DNA of 59,169 nt from Chitinophagaceae bacterium UBA2793 (GTDB taxonomy: Bacteria > Bacteroidota > Bacteroidia > Chitinophagales > Chitinophagaceae). The stretch covers positions 5,265-64,433 of the forward strand of contig DEHT01000016.1 of the NCBI GenBank assembly GCA_002352045.1, read 5' to 3'. Positions 10,289 through 19,701 of this stretch are shown here, piece by piece. Position 1 is the first letter of the stretch. Each line of letters starts with the position of its first letter. The notes beneath the pieces were generated by a model. That model saw only the letters and a program-made list of their open reading frames with translations, was not told the DNA's origin and did not search any database. The position numbers and the translations under genes were made by a program.

Positions 10289-13200
10289 TTAAATATGCGC
10301 CGAAGTAAACCCATCTTCACTTAAAGCCCGACGCTCATAATCTGCTACCATTAATTCTTCAATTGATTCTTGCTTTTTATTTTTATTGAATTTTGCAATC
10401 AGCTTGTCAAAGATGGCATACATCACCGGCACCACTATCAAGGTTAAAAACAGTGAGCTTATTAATCCACCGATTATAACCCAGGCAAGTCCATTTTTCC
10501 ACTCAGCACCTGCACCACTGGCCAATGCAATCGGCAACATACCTATCACCATGGCAATAGTAGTCATCAATATGGGGCGCAACCTTGCATGGTTAGCCTG
10601 TACCAATGCATTAAAAGTACTTTCACCTTCTGCTTTGCGCTGGTTGGTAAAATCAACCAATATAATAGCATTTTTTGCCACCAACCCAATCAACATTATC
10701 AAACCAAGAATGGTGAAAATGTTCAACGAATTATTAGTAAGTGCCAATGCAAGTAATGCACCAATGATGGATAATGGTATAGAGAATAATACCACAAACG
10801 GATATACGAAACTATCGTACAATGCCACCATTATTAAATACACCAATACAATGGCAATCAACAATGCAATACCCAGCGTACCAAATCCTTCGCTTTGATT
10901 TTCCATATCGCCACCCCATATATAATTTACTCCGGTTGGTTTTTGTAAACCTTCAACTGCTGTACCCCACTCCGCTGCAATGGTACCAGTTGCACGTCCA
11001 ACAGATTGTGCCTGCACGGTTACAGAGGTACTTTTATCCCTTCTCTCCAACATACTAGGGCCAGAGCTTTCTTTTACCGTAGCAAATTGCGATAAGCGAA
11101 TTTGCTCTCCATTATCATTTTTAAACAACAGGTTACTCACATCATCCACACTTTTGCGGTTAAATGCACCATAACGTAAATTGATATCGTACTCATATTC
11201 ACCTGCACGAAACTTACCATCGGTATTGCCGCTGAATGCAGTTTGCATAGTAGCGCCCACCGTTTGTAAACTCAAACCCAATGCAGCCATTTTATCCCTA
11301 TCAACCGACACACTGATTTCAGGGTTGCCGGTTTCAACCGATAATTTTATTTCGGTGGCGCCTTTAATGCCAGCCAGTTTTTCTTTTGCCTGGTTAGCAA
11401 AAACCATTACACTGTCTAAAGTAGGACCCGTTATCACCAATGCCAGAGGCGCATTTTCGGCAGAGCCCAAAATACTTACCGGCACCGTTTTTACTTTAGC
11501 ACCTACCAACATTTTTTCCAGTTCTCTTTTAGTTTTAGCTGCGTACACATTGGCATCATCTTTCCGGTCTTTCTTTTCTACCAGCTTTACGCTTATTTCT
11601 GCTTTGTAGGCGGTGGCCTGCGAAGCACCCATACCATCACTACTTTGGCCTACAGTGGTAATAAGGTTAATTACTTCGGGTTTGGTTTTCAAAAAAGCTT
11701 CGGCTTTTTGGGTCATTTGATTGGTTTGCTCAATTGAAACATCTTTAGGCATTTCTATTTGTACCAAAAATTCGCCCCTATCACTTTTGGGAAAGAAATC
11801 TGTTCCTACAAAACCCGCACCTATCAAGCTAAAAGAGGCAATAAGCAAAACAAATACAGCCACCAAGGTTGTTTTCTTATACTTCAAACTCCATTTTAAT
11901 ATATTGGTAATGGCATCGGTAAATTTATTGAGCCCTCTTTCAAAAGCTAAAATAATTTTTCCAAATAACCCTTTGCCGGTAATATGCTCCAGTTTACCAA
12001 ACCTTGAACTCAATAAAGGCACGATGGTAAAAGATGATAACAATGAAAGCATAGTTGCAATGGCCACCGTTACACAAAACTCTCTTAATATATCCGACAC
12101 CAAGCCGGTACTTAATGCAATAGGAATAAACACTACCACAATTACAAGGGTGATGGCTGTAACGGTAAACCCAATTTCTTTGGTTGCATCAAATGCTGCA
12201 CGTACTTTATTTTTACCCATCTCCATGTGGCGGTAAATATTTTCTAATACCACAATGGCATCATCTACCAATATACCTACCACCAGCGACAGGCCTAATA
12301 AAGACATCAGGTTTAATGAATAACCCAGCAAACTCATACCAATAAAAGTGGCAATTAAAGAAGCAGGTATTGCCACCATTACAATTAAGGCATTTCTTAT
12401 ACTGTGCAAGAAGAAAAGCATTACCACTGCTACCAATACAATCGCCAATATTAAATCATGTATTACCGCATCGGCAGACTGCAATGTATATACCGATGCA
12501 TCATTGGCAATGCTTAACTGCAGGCCGGCAGAAGTATATTCTTTTTGCAGCCGGTCCACTATATTTTGCACGCCTTCGCTCACACTTACGCCATTGGCAT
12601 CGGATTGTTTTAATACCTGTAATGCAATAGCCGACTGGCTATTTACCCGGGCCAGTTTTTCTACATCTTTTTGTGCATCCTGCACATCAGCCACATCCGA
12701 TAATCGAACCTGGCCACCTGCTGCGGTATTGCTTACCACCAGGTTTCTTAATTCATCAACGGTTTTAAATTTACCGGCCAATCGTATCAACACATCCTGG
12801 TTTCTCGTTTGTACGCTACCAGTAGGAAAGTCGAGATTGGCAGTCAATATCACCTGCTGTACCTGTAATAATGAAAGGCCGTTGGCTTCTAATTTAGCCG
12901 CATCAAAACTCACTTGTATTTCTCTTTCCTGGCCACCAATAATGTTTACCTGCGCCACACCAGGCACACGGGAAATAACGGGGCCTACTCTTTTGTCCAT
13001 CAAATCATAAAAACTGGCTTCGTCTAATTTTGAGGTGGCCGATAAGGTTACAACCGGCAAGTCATCTAACGAAAATTTATTGAGCGATGGCGGATCCACA
13101 TCATCGGGCAGGTCTTTTAAAATAGCATTCACTTTTCGCTGTGCATCGTTAAGTGCATAGTCCACATCGGTACCACTGTTTAAAGTAATAGTAACCATTG

Positions 13201-13465
13201 AAAGACTTTCAAAAGATTTTACATCAATCTTTTTTATGTTTTCCATTGAAGAAACCGCATCTTCAATTTTTCGTGAAACCGTATTCTCCACTTCGCTGGG
13301 TGAAGCACCAGGGTAAACAGTGGTAACAGAAACCACCGATTGGCTAAACTTGGGAAGCAACTCATAATTTAAGCTGGTATAACTTAGTACACCCCCCAAC
13401 GTTAGTATGGTAAACAGCACTATTACCAGCGATGGCCGTTTAATAGATAATTCTGCAATTTTCAT
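10289..13465 (-). CDS. RND efflux pump inner-membrane permease (AcrB/HAE1-like)
   Basis: 1058 aa with a 12-TM architecture and two large periplasmic loops. It is the last gene of a TolC-MFP-RND operon. Confidence 0.95.
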   Translation of the reverse strand: MKIAELSIKRPSLVIVLFTILTLGGVLSYTSLNYELLPKFSQSVVSVTTVYPGASPSEVENTVSRKIEDAVSSMENIKKIDVKSFESLSMVTITLNSGTDVDYALNDAQRKVNAILKDLPDDVDPPSLNKFSLDDLPVVTLSATSKLDEASFYDLMDKRVGPVISRVPGVAQVNIIGGQEREIQVSFDAAKLEANGLSLLQVQQVILTANLDFPTGSVQTRNQDVLIRLAGKFKTVDELRNLVVSNTAAGGQVRLSDVADVQDAQKDVEKLARVNSQSAIALQVLKQSDANGVSVSEGVQNIVDRLQKEYTSAGLQLSIANDASVYTLQSADAVIHDLILAIVLVAVVMLFFLHSIRNALIVMVAIPASLIATFIGMSLLGYSLNLMSLLGLSLVVGILVDDAIVVLENIYRHMEMGKNKVRAAFDATKEIGFTVTAITLVIVVVFIPIALSTGLVSDILREFCVTVAIATMLSLLSSFTIVPLLSSRFGKLEHITGKGLFGKIILAFERGLNKFTDAITNILKWSLKYKKTTLVAVFVLLIASFSLIGAGFVGTDFFPKSDRGEFLVQIEMPKDVSIEQTNQMTQKAEAFLKTKPEVINLITTVGQSSDGMGASQATAYKAEISVKLVEKKDRKDDANVYAAKTKRELEKMLVGAKVKTVPVSILGSAENAPLALVITGPTLDSVMVFANQAKEKLAGIKGATEIKLSVETGNPEISVSVDRDKMAALGLSLQTVGATMQTAFSGNTDGKFRAGEYEYDINLRYGAFNRKSVDDVSNLLFKNDNGEQIRLSQFATVKESSGPSMLERRDKSTSVTVQAQSVGRATGTIAAEWGTAVEGLQKPTGVNYIWGGDMENQSEGFGTLGIALLIAIVLVYLIMVALYDSFVYPFVVLFSIPLSIIGALLALALTNNSLNIFTILGLIMLIGLVAKNAIILVDFTNQRKAEGESTFNALVQANHARLRPILMTTIAMVIGMLPIALASGAGAEWKNGLAWVIIGGLISSLFLTLIVVPVMYAIFDKLIAKFNKNKKQESIEELMVADYERRALSEDGFTSAHI

Positions 13466-13500
13466 TTTGAAATATTTTATTACTGATAAAGTATCAGCTA

Positions 13501-14568
13501 TTATTTTATAACTGTGATAGCGCTTCCGTTTACAAGATTAATTTGACCGGTGGTAATTATTTCTTCCCCTTCAGCAAGACCCTGTATTACTTCTACCTGC
13601 TCGCCAAAAATTCTTCCAGAAACTACTTTACGTAATACCGCTTTGCCTGATTGGGCAATAAACACTTCGTTGCTGGCCACGCCACCCACAAAGGCACTTC
13701 TTGGAATTAAAGTAACAGGCTCCTGCTGAGGAAATACAAAACTGGCATTGCCATACATACCTGCTTTTACTGCAGCTTTATCATTGTTGGCCACTTCTAT
13801 TTTTACAGGAAAGTTTAGGCTTTCATCGGCTTTTGCTGCTATAAAACTTATTTTTCCCCTGAACTTTTTATCGGGCATAACACTGGCTGCAACTGTAACG
13901 GTATCGCCAATTTTAAGATTAGCTACCTGCGCTTCTGTAACTGCAACGTCAAGTGTAAGTGTAGATACATCTACAATTTCAAATAATTTGGTGCCGGCAG
14001 CTAATACAGATCCGGGTTCTATCATACGCTTGTTGATAATACCGTTTATGGATGCTCTAAGATTAGCATCTGAAACTTTTATACTTGCCTGTTGAACTCT
14101 GGCTGCTGCATTCTGTACTGCCAATGCTGCCTGGTCAACCTGTTGCTGTGTAACCCCGCCTGTTTTGTATGCATTTTCATATCGTTGTTTATCTCGCAAT
14201 GCATTGGCATATCCTTCACGTGCAGTTTGCACATCTACGGCAAGGTTTTCGGTTTTTATTACGGCCAATGTTTGGCCTTTTCTCACATAGCTCCCTTCAT
14301 CCACCAACACCCTTATAACCCTACCGGCAGTTTCAGAAGAAAACTCTAATTCCTGACCGGGAGAAAATTTACCGTTGGCGGTAAAATTTAATTCCATAGG
14401 ATGAGCAAATACTTTTGCAGTTTTAACTGCTACTCCTGCATTGGTTTGTGCTACCACAGCAGTTTTATCTTCATTTTTCTTTTTATTGTTGGTGAGTACC
14501 ATTCCAATGAGTGCAATAAGACCCGCTGTTACTAAAATACCAACTAGAATTTTTGAGAACTTTTTCAT
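13501..14568 (-). CDS. RND efflux periplasmic adaptor (membrane fusion protein)
   Basis: N-terminal membrane anchor followed by coiled-coil, lipoyl-like and beta-barrel regions. It sits between the OMF and RND genes. Confidence 0.9.
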   Translation of the reverse strand: MKKFSKILVGILVTAGLIALIGMVLTNNKKKNEDKTAVVAQTNAGVAVKTAKVFAHPMELNFTANGKFSPGQELEFSSETAGRVIRVLVDEGSYVRKGQTLAVIKTENLAVDVQTAREGYANALRDKQRYENAYKTGGVTQQQVDQAALAVQNAAARVQQASIKVSDANLRASINGIINKRMIEPGSVLAAGTKLFEIVDVSTLTLDVAVTEAQVANLKIGDTVTVAASVMPDKKFRGKISFIAAKADESLNFPVKIEVANNDKAAVKAGMYGNASFVFPQQEPVTLIPRSAFVGGVASNEVFIAQSGKAVLRKVVSGRIFGEQVEVIQGLAEGEEIITTGQINLVNGSAITVIK

Positions 14569-14613
14569 TTTCTTTATTTGTTTATGGGTTGCCCATTTAC
14601 AGGCAGTTATGTT

Positions 14614-15984
14614 TTAGTTAAGTAATGTTCTTAATTGTCCTTGTGCTTTTATAAGTTTTATTTCGGCCAATTTATAATCGAGCAGACTGGCATTATAAGA
14701 GTTTCTGGAATTAAACAAAGCGTTTTGTGCATCCAATAAATCGGTTAAGGTAGCAAGGCCTTGTGTATAGTTATTATTGGTATTATCTAATACCTGTTGA
14801 GCAAGATTAGTATTGCGTTCCTGGGTATTTAATACAATAATGGAGTTATTAATTTGTGTTTTTGCATTGGCAAAATCAAGACTTATATTTTGACGGGTGA
14901 GTTTTATATCTTCATGTAATTTTTTTATTTCCACATCAGATTGCTTCATTCTGGCTTTGGTTGCATTACCGTTAAAAATGGGTACTTTAAGGTTCAGCCC
15001 TATTGTACTTACATCGAACCAGTTAACCCCTTTATTAATTCCTTTAAAAATAGGAAAGGTATTGCCCAGGCCCTGGTAACTGTAGCTGCCACTCAAAGAA
15101 AGCGTAGGATAATACTCTGCTTTATAGGATTGCTTTTGTAATTGAAGCAACTGTTGTTGTTTTTCCAATACAAGCAATTCTGAGCGATTACTACTGTAAG
15201 TAGTATCGGCCAGTAGCACATCTCCAAAATTTTGTGGCGATACATTGGCAGATGGAATTATAATACTTTCTTCCACCGGCATTCCAATTAAAAATTTAAG
15301 TTGATTTTCATATTGTGCAACGGCGTTTAATAATTGCTGGCGCTGGCTTTGCAGGTTAAGCAAATTTACTTCCAGCCTATCTACATCTATTTTTTTTCCT
15401 AAGCCACTTTCGTACAGACCATTTATAATTCCCTTTGTTTTTGCAGTAGTACTTATATTACTATCTACATTAACTACTTGCTGGCGCTGTACTAAAACCT
15501 GGTAATAAGCAGTTGCAACTTGCTCCATCACCTGCTCTTCGGTAAGTTGCGCATTGAGTGTATAAAACTCCTTGGTTGTTTTAGCTGCTTTTAAACCTGT
15601 AAAAACAGATTGATCAAAAATATTTTGAGTAACATTTACGCCAATATTTGCATTCCATTTTTGACCGAATGCCACCATTAAAGGTTTACCAGGATCGGTT
15701 GGATTTAACTCACCCGGAAGTGCGCTCATTTGTAAAAGAGGGTTATAGTTTAAACCACCCGAACCACTTACCTGTGGCAATGCTTTTGACCTTACTTCCT
15801 GAATTTGATAGTTGGCATTTTCCACATCAAGCTTTGCTTTGCGAGCATCAGCATAATTTTGTAATGCATAATTGAGTGCATTTTTCAGGCTTAATTCTGG
15901 CTTTTCCTGTGCAAAAGATTTTGCTGCAAAAAAACTGAACATGGTCATTAACAAACCTGCCTGTTTTAATTTTTGAATGAACAT
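14614..15984 (-). CDS. TolC-family outer membrane efflux protein
   Basis: Signal peptide (FFAAKSFAQE) and an internally duplicated TolC-like helical/beta repeat. It heads the efflux structural genes. Confidence 0.9.
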   Translation of the reverse strand: MFIQKLKQAGLLMTMFSFFAAKSFAQEKPELSLKNALNYALQNYADARKAKLDVENANYQIQEVRSKALPQVSGSGGLNYNPLLQMSALPGELNPTDPGKPLMVAFGQKWNANIGVNVTQNIFDQSVFTGLKAAKTTKEFYTLNAQLTEEQVMEQVATAYYQVLVQRQQVVNVDSNISTTAKTKGIINGLYESGLGKKIDVDRLEVNLLNLQSQRQQLLNAVAQYENQLKFLIGMPVEESIIIPSANVSPQNFGDVLLADTTYSSNRSELLVLEKQQQLLQLQKQSYKAEYYPTLSLSGSYSYQGLGNTFPIFKGINKGVNWFDVSTIGLNLKVPIFNGNATKARMKQSDVEIKKLHEDIKLTRQNISLDFANAKTQINNSIIVLNTQERNTNLAQQVLDNTNNNYTQGLATLTDLLDAQNALFNSRNSYNASLLDYKLAEIKLIKAQGQLRTLLN

Positions 15985-16001
15985 TGTGTTTTATTTGAAC
16001 T

Positions 16002-16622
16002 TTAGAATTGTGTTTTTGAAAAATATTTTTCTGCCTGTGCTTTTCCGGTTGAAGTTGTAATACCGTACAAAAAATGCTGAATCAATTGCTTGTTGATACT
16101 TGCCTCTGAGATCTGTGGCATTTGTGTAGGATGTGTTTCATTAGAAAAGTTGAGTTCCGAAAGACAAACCATTGTCATTAGTTTACTATTGAATATGGGT
16201 AAAAAATGACCGCTGCTTTTGCCCTCTTCAATACATTGAGTAATGGCGGGCACAAATTTTTTATTTGAAAAAATTTGAAAGTTTTCATAGGTATCGGAAT
16301 AATATTTTTTTAAATCGCTTAAAACCTTATTGGAAACATAATTGGCTGCTCCCATAGCCAGCGCATTAATTTGAATATACCTTTGTATCACATCGCCCCC
16401 GGTAGATTGTTGAATTTTTTTTAACCTATGAGCAAGTACATTGGTAATTTTTTCGTACAAAGCATCTACCATTTCGTTTTTATCGTGAAAGAACTGGTAA
16501 ATGGTTTTTTTAGAAACACCTGCTGCCTGGGCTATTTCATCCATTGTTACAGAACGCAAGCCGTATACTCTAAAAAGTTGCAATGCTGTTCTAAGAATAT
16601 ATCGTTGTTTTTTACTGTACAT
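16002..16622 (-). CDS. TetR/AcrR-family transcriptional regulator
   Basis: N-terminal HTH TMDEIAQAAGVSKKTIYQFF. It lies 17 nt upstream of the TolC gene on the same strand. Confidence 0.85.
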   Translation of the reverse strand: MYSKKQRYILRTALQLFRVYGLRSVTMDEIAQAAGVSKKTIYQFFHDKNEMVDALYEKITNVLAHRLKKIQQSTGGDVIQRYIQINALAMGAANYVSNKVLSDLKKYYSDTYENFQIFSNKKFVPAITQCIEEGKSSGHFLPIFNSKLMTMVCLSELNFSNETHPTQMPQISEASINKQLIQHFLYGITTSTGKAQAEKYFSKTQF

Positions 16623-16662
16623 TTTAGTTTAACTTTTTTGTCAAATTATAAATAAAAAAAAT

Positions 16663-17262
16663 CTATCTAAATAGAGTCGATAGAATGGCTTCTTTTCTTT
16701 CGCTCATGGCCTGTACATAGGCTTTCTTTGAGTTAAAAAAACTATTTTCCATTAAAGGGCGCATTATAACCGGGTAAGACACCATTGAAATAAAATTTAG
16801 TAGAAATTGCATGGGTTCCATTTTTGCCACTCTTCCGGCTGCCATCTCTTCCTGTAATTCAGCAAAAAAATCAGCTATGTTTTTTCTCTGTTCCTTATCG
16901 TTCATTTTCAAATTTTCCCACAAATTGGTATTATGAATTTGCGAGGCAAGGTAAGAGTCGAGGTAAGGAAACTCTTTTACTCGATCCATCCAAACATCTA
17001 TCAATTGGCTTATTTTTTCTTTAAAAGAAAGACCAGTCAATGCATGCTCGTTCATTTTTTTTCTAAACACTTCCTGCCCTTCTAATAACACTTTTTCTAA
17101 TAAAATTTCTCTTGATCTAAAGTAGTAATGCAACAATGTTCGGTTTACACCGGCTGCGTCTGCAATTTCCTGAGTGGTTGCATTAAACCTGCCTTCTTTA
17201 AAGAAAACAGCCTTGGCGGTTTCCTTTATATGATTTTCTGTGCCTTTATCTTTTCCTGCCAT
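16663..17262 (-). CDS. TetR/AcrR-family transcriptional regulator (second paralogue)
   Basis: HTH TTQEIADAAGVNRTLLHYYF. The track start at 17271 is TTG, so I used the ATG at 17262 (MAGKDKG...). Confidence 0.85.
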   Translation of the reverse strand: MAGKDKGTENHIKETAKAVFFKEGRFNATTQEIADAAGVNRTLLHYYFRSREILLEKVLLEGQEVFRKKMNEHALTGLSFKEKISQLIDVWMDRVKEFPYLDSYLASQIHNTNLWENLKMNDKEQRKNIADFFAELQEEMAAGRVAKMEPMQFLLNFISMVSYPVIMRPLMENSFFNSKKAYVQAMSERKEAILSTLFR

Positions 17263-17263
17263 G

Positions 17264-17332
17264 TTTGACAAAATTGTTAAACAAAGGTAGGGGCATTTTT
17301 TATACCAGCAAATTTATTTTTGACAAAATTGT
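17264..17332 (-). promoter_or_regulatory. Putative TetR promoter/operator region with a duplicated 14-mer
   Basis: TTTGACAAAATTGT occurs at 17264-17277 and again at 17319-17332; its core is ACAA-AA-TTGT. On the - strand a TACCTTTG -7-type box (17282-17289) lies between the two copies, 19 nt upstream of the ATG. Confidence 0.35.
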
Positions 17333-17678
17333 AAATATTCTTAAAAAAAGCATCTCTCTTAAAGTACAAAACATACAAATTCAATCTGTTACAAAAAATT
17401 AGATTGAATAAAGTTTACTACGAATTGGATAAAAGATTTGCCGGATGATTTAGATGGAGCAGGTTTTAACTTCAAAAACTCCAGTAAGCAAGTGCTTATA
17501 GCTGCAATGCAGGTATTATTAATTTGAGTATTGCATTATAAACAAATAGTTTTTGAACGCTCCAATTATTTGCAAAAAAGGGACTCAAGCAAGAGGGTTA
17601 CTTCTACTTTGTGCGTGGATTTATTAATCAAAATTGTTTTCTAAAGGAACTTATGGGTCTTAGGTAGATTATTAAAAT

Positions 17679-17714
17679 AGCAAGAGGGCAGGCAAATATG
17701 CCCACCCTCTTGCT
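17679..17714 (-). terminator. Hairpin downstream of the SusD-like gene
   Basis: AGCAAGAGGG...CCCTCTTGCT is a 10-bp stem. A second AT-rich hairpin, TTCAGCAT...ATGCTGAA, lies at 17722-17747. Confidence 0.55.
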
Positions 17715-17767
17715 ACTTACGTTCAGCATTATAAAAAATATGCTGAATTAAATTGATCCTGTAACTA

Positions 17768-19681
17768 TTAATGCTTAGCCCACCACAATGGAGTAAGAAC
17801 TTCATCGGGGCCGCCTAATAGCTGTACTGCCTGGTCGTAACCGGCTGCATTGCTATTTCTAAGCCCGGAAGGATACCTTACCCTTTGTGGGAAAAACTGT
17901 ACTTGCGAGGTCATTACATTGCCTGCATTTAATGCCGGCAAATTGGGCATTGGGTTTTCTATCACTACATTTTCAAAGAATGGTAAACCCAATCTTCTTT
18001 GATCGTTCCAGGCTTCCAAAGGTTGCCAGGGAACCTGGGCAATGAATTTTTGAGTGATAATTTTTGTTAGCAAATCGTTCCTATATGCACCATTTCTATA
18101 AAGATCATTTTTGGGATAATTAATATTTGCCACTCCCGGTGTGTTGGTATAGCCATCTACATAGTTCATTGCATGCGTTGCAGCGGGTTCGGTGGTATGT
18201 GCCCAACTTACAGAAGTACCTGCTCTGTTATAATCGGTAGAAGCGAGGTAAGAAGTTGCAAAAGAAGAAACACCCCAATATGTAAAGCTTGATTTGACAC
18301 CTTCTTCGTATGCAGCTTGGCCGCTCATTGGAACAGTCCAACCTTTTACCGCAGCCTCAGCCAAAAGGAAATAGGTTTCCCATGATGCAAAAAATATACG
18401 TTTTGCAGCGCTTGCTCTAAATTGGTGCGCCAAACGTGGGATAGTACCGTTAAACAATCTTATCTGATTACGGCTGCCTTTTACACCCCAATCGCCACCG
18501 GGAAATGCATTCCAATGAAAGGTAGCATTAATTGTTTTTTGAACTGCACCTGAAGCATCCAGCAAGTCTCTTGAGGTAGTTCTTGCAGTATTATCCCAAC
18601 TTGGATAAGCATTAAAGTTGGAGTTGGCAAAATCACCCGGAATGATATATGCTTTATATGCACGGGGGTCTATCGTATAAGGTAAACCATCTAACCAGTA
18701 ACCTGCCATTGGGAAGTTGGTAGAATTGGGGAAATGCTGATCTAATTTTAAACCTGCATAATCTGCCGGTTTAATTGCAGGCAATAAAGAATCCGGAACC
18801 TGGTCTTCGGTTTTAATGCCACCCAGCCCTGTATATAATGTATTAAGTGTAGCTGTTAAATAATGAGAATTCCATTCACGACTCATTACGCCGGTTAATG
18901 CATCCCAGCCACCTCTTTCTGACACTTCAAAGTTTTGATCTGCCGCTGTAATCAATAAACCAGAAGCTGCATCTTCAAACTCTATTTTTGCTTTTGAGGC
19001 ATCAATCTCCGATAGCCTCATGGCTAATCTCAACCTCATTGAATTGGCATATCTTTTCCATTTGGTATAATCGTATTGATATGCAGGGTCGTGCCTTTTT
19101 ACTGCATCGGGATTAACAACAGCTACATCCAACTTGCTGCTAGCATCTTTCAATTCGGCCAACATAAAATAATATACATCCTTCACACTGGCAAAGTCGG
19201 GATTTATACCCTGGAAGCCATTGATAGGAATTGGACCAAACAAATCGCTTAGTTCACTCATTAAATAAGCTCTCCAAATACGTGCAACTTGTAGCAAATT
19301 GTTGGTATAGGCAGCATCTTTACCTGCTGCTATTTTTTCGTTGGCAATTTGAATAGCTGAGTTGGCTGCATTTAACCAGCCTGACATGTAGCCACTTCCA
19401 TAATAATCGCTCGACCAACCATCGTTGTAGGATCCGCCTGATAAGCCGGTGCCGTTAAAAGAAGTATGTCCTGCTACTTCCCAATACAGTACATAAATTC
19501 TTTCCGCAATATGAGGATCCATTTGCGAACCAATAATGGAGCTGTTGATAAAATACTCTACCTGCACCTGATCGGAGTTTGCCGCAAGTGGGTTTTGGTT
19601 GATTTCATCAAACTTTTTACATGATACTAAAGTCGCACTAAAGGCGAATAGTAAGCATGAGATTTTTAATATCTTTTTCAT
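17768..19681 (-). CDS. SusD/RagB-family nutrient-binding outer-membrane lipoprotein
   Basis: Lipoprotein signal ending LVSC. It lies immediately downstream of the SusC-like gene (20-nt gap) and has the W/Y-rich composition typical of SusD-like proteins. Confidence 0.9.
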   Translation of the reverse strand: MKKILKISCLLFAFSATLVSCKKFDEINQNPLAANSDQVQVEYFINSSIIGSQMDPHIAERIYVLYWEVAGHTSFNGTGLSGGSYNDGWSSDYYGSGYMSGWLNAANSAIQIANEKIAAGKDAAYTNNLLQVARIWRAYLMSELSDLFGPIPINGFQGINPDFASVKDVYYFMLAELKDASSKLDVAVVNPDAVKRHDPAYQYDYTKWKRYANSMRLRLAMRLSEIDASKAKIEFEDAASGLLITAADQNFEVSERGGWDALTGVMSREWNSHYLTATLNTLYTGLGGIKTEDQVPDSLLPAIKPADYAGLKLDQHFPNSTNFPMAGYWLDGLPYTIDPRAYKAYIIPGDFANSNFNAYPSWDNTARTTSRDLLDASGAVQKTINATFHWNAFPGGDWGVKGSRNQIRLFNGTIPRLAHQFRASAAKRIFFASWETYFLLAEAAVKGWTVPMSGQAAYEEGVKSSFTYWGVSSFATSYLASTDYNRAGTSVSWAHTTEPAATHAMNYVDGYTNTPGVANINYPKNDLYRNGAYRNDLLTKIITQKFIAQVPWQPLEAWNDQRRLGLPFFENVVIENPMPNLPALNAGNVMTSQVQFFPQRVRYPSGLRNSNAAGYDQAVQLLGGPDEVLTPLWWAKH

Positions 19682-19701
19682 TTTATTTGAAATTAAAATT
19701 G

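Noticed and set aside
10386-13010. Several long + strand ORFs (170, 142, 171, 220 and 86 aa) inside the RND permease gene
   Set aside because: They lie entirely antisense to a 1058-aa gene with unmistakable AcrB-like sequence. Their products are low-complexity and S/T/A/I-rich with no motifs. They are shadow ORFs.
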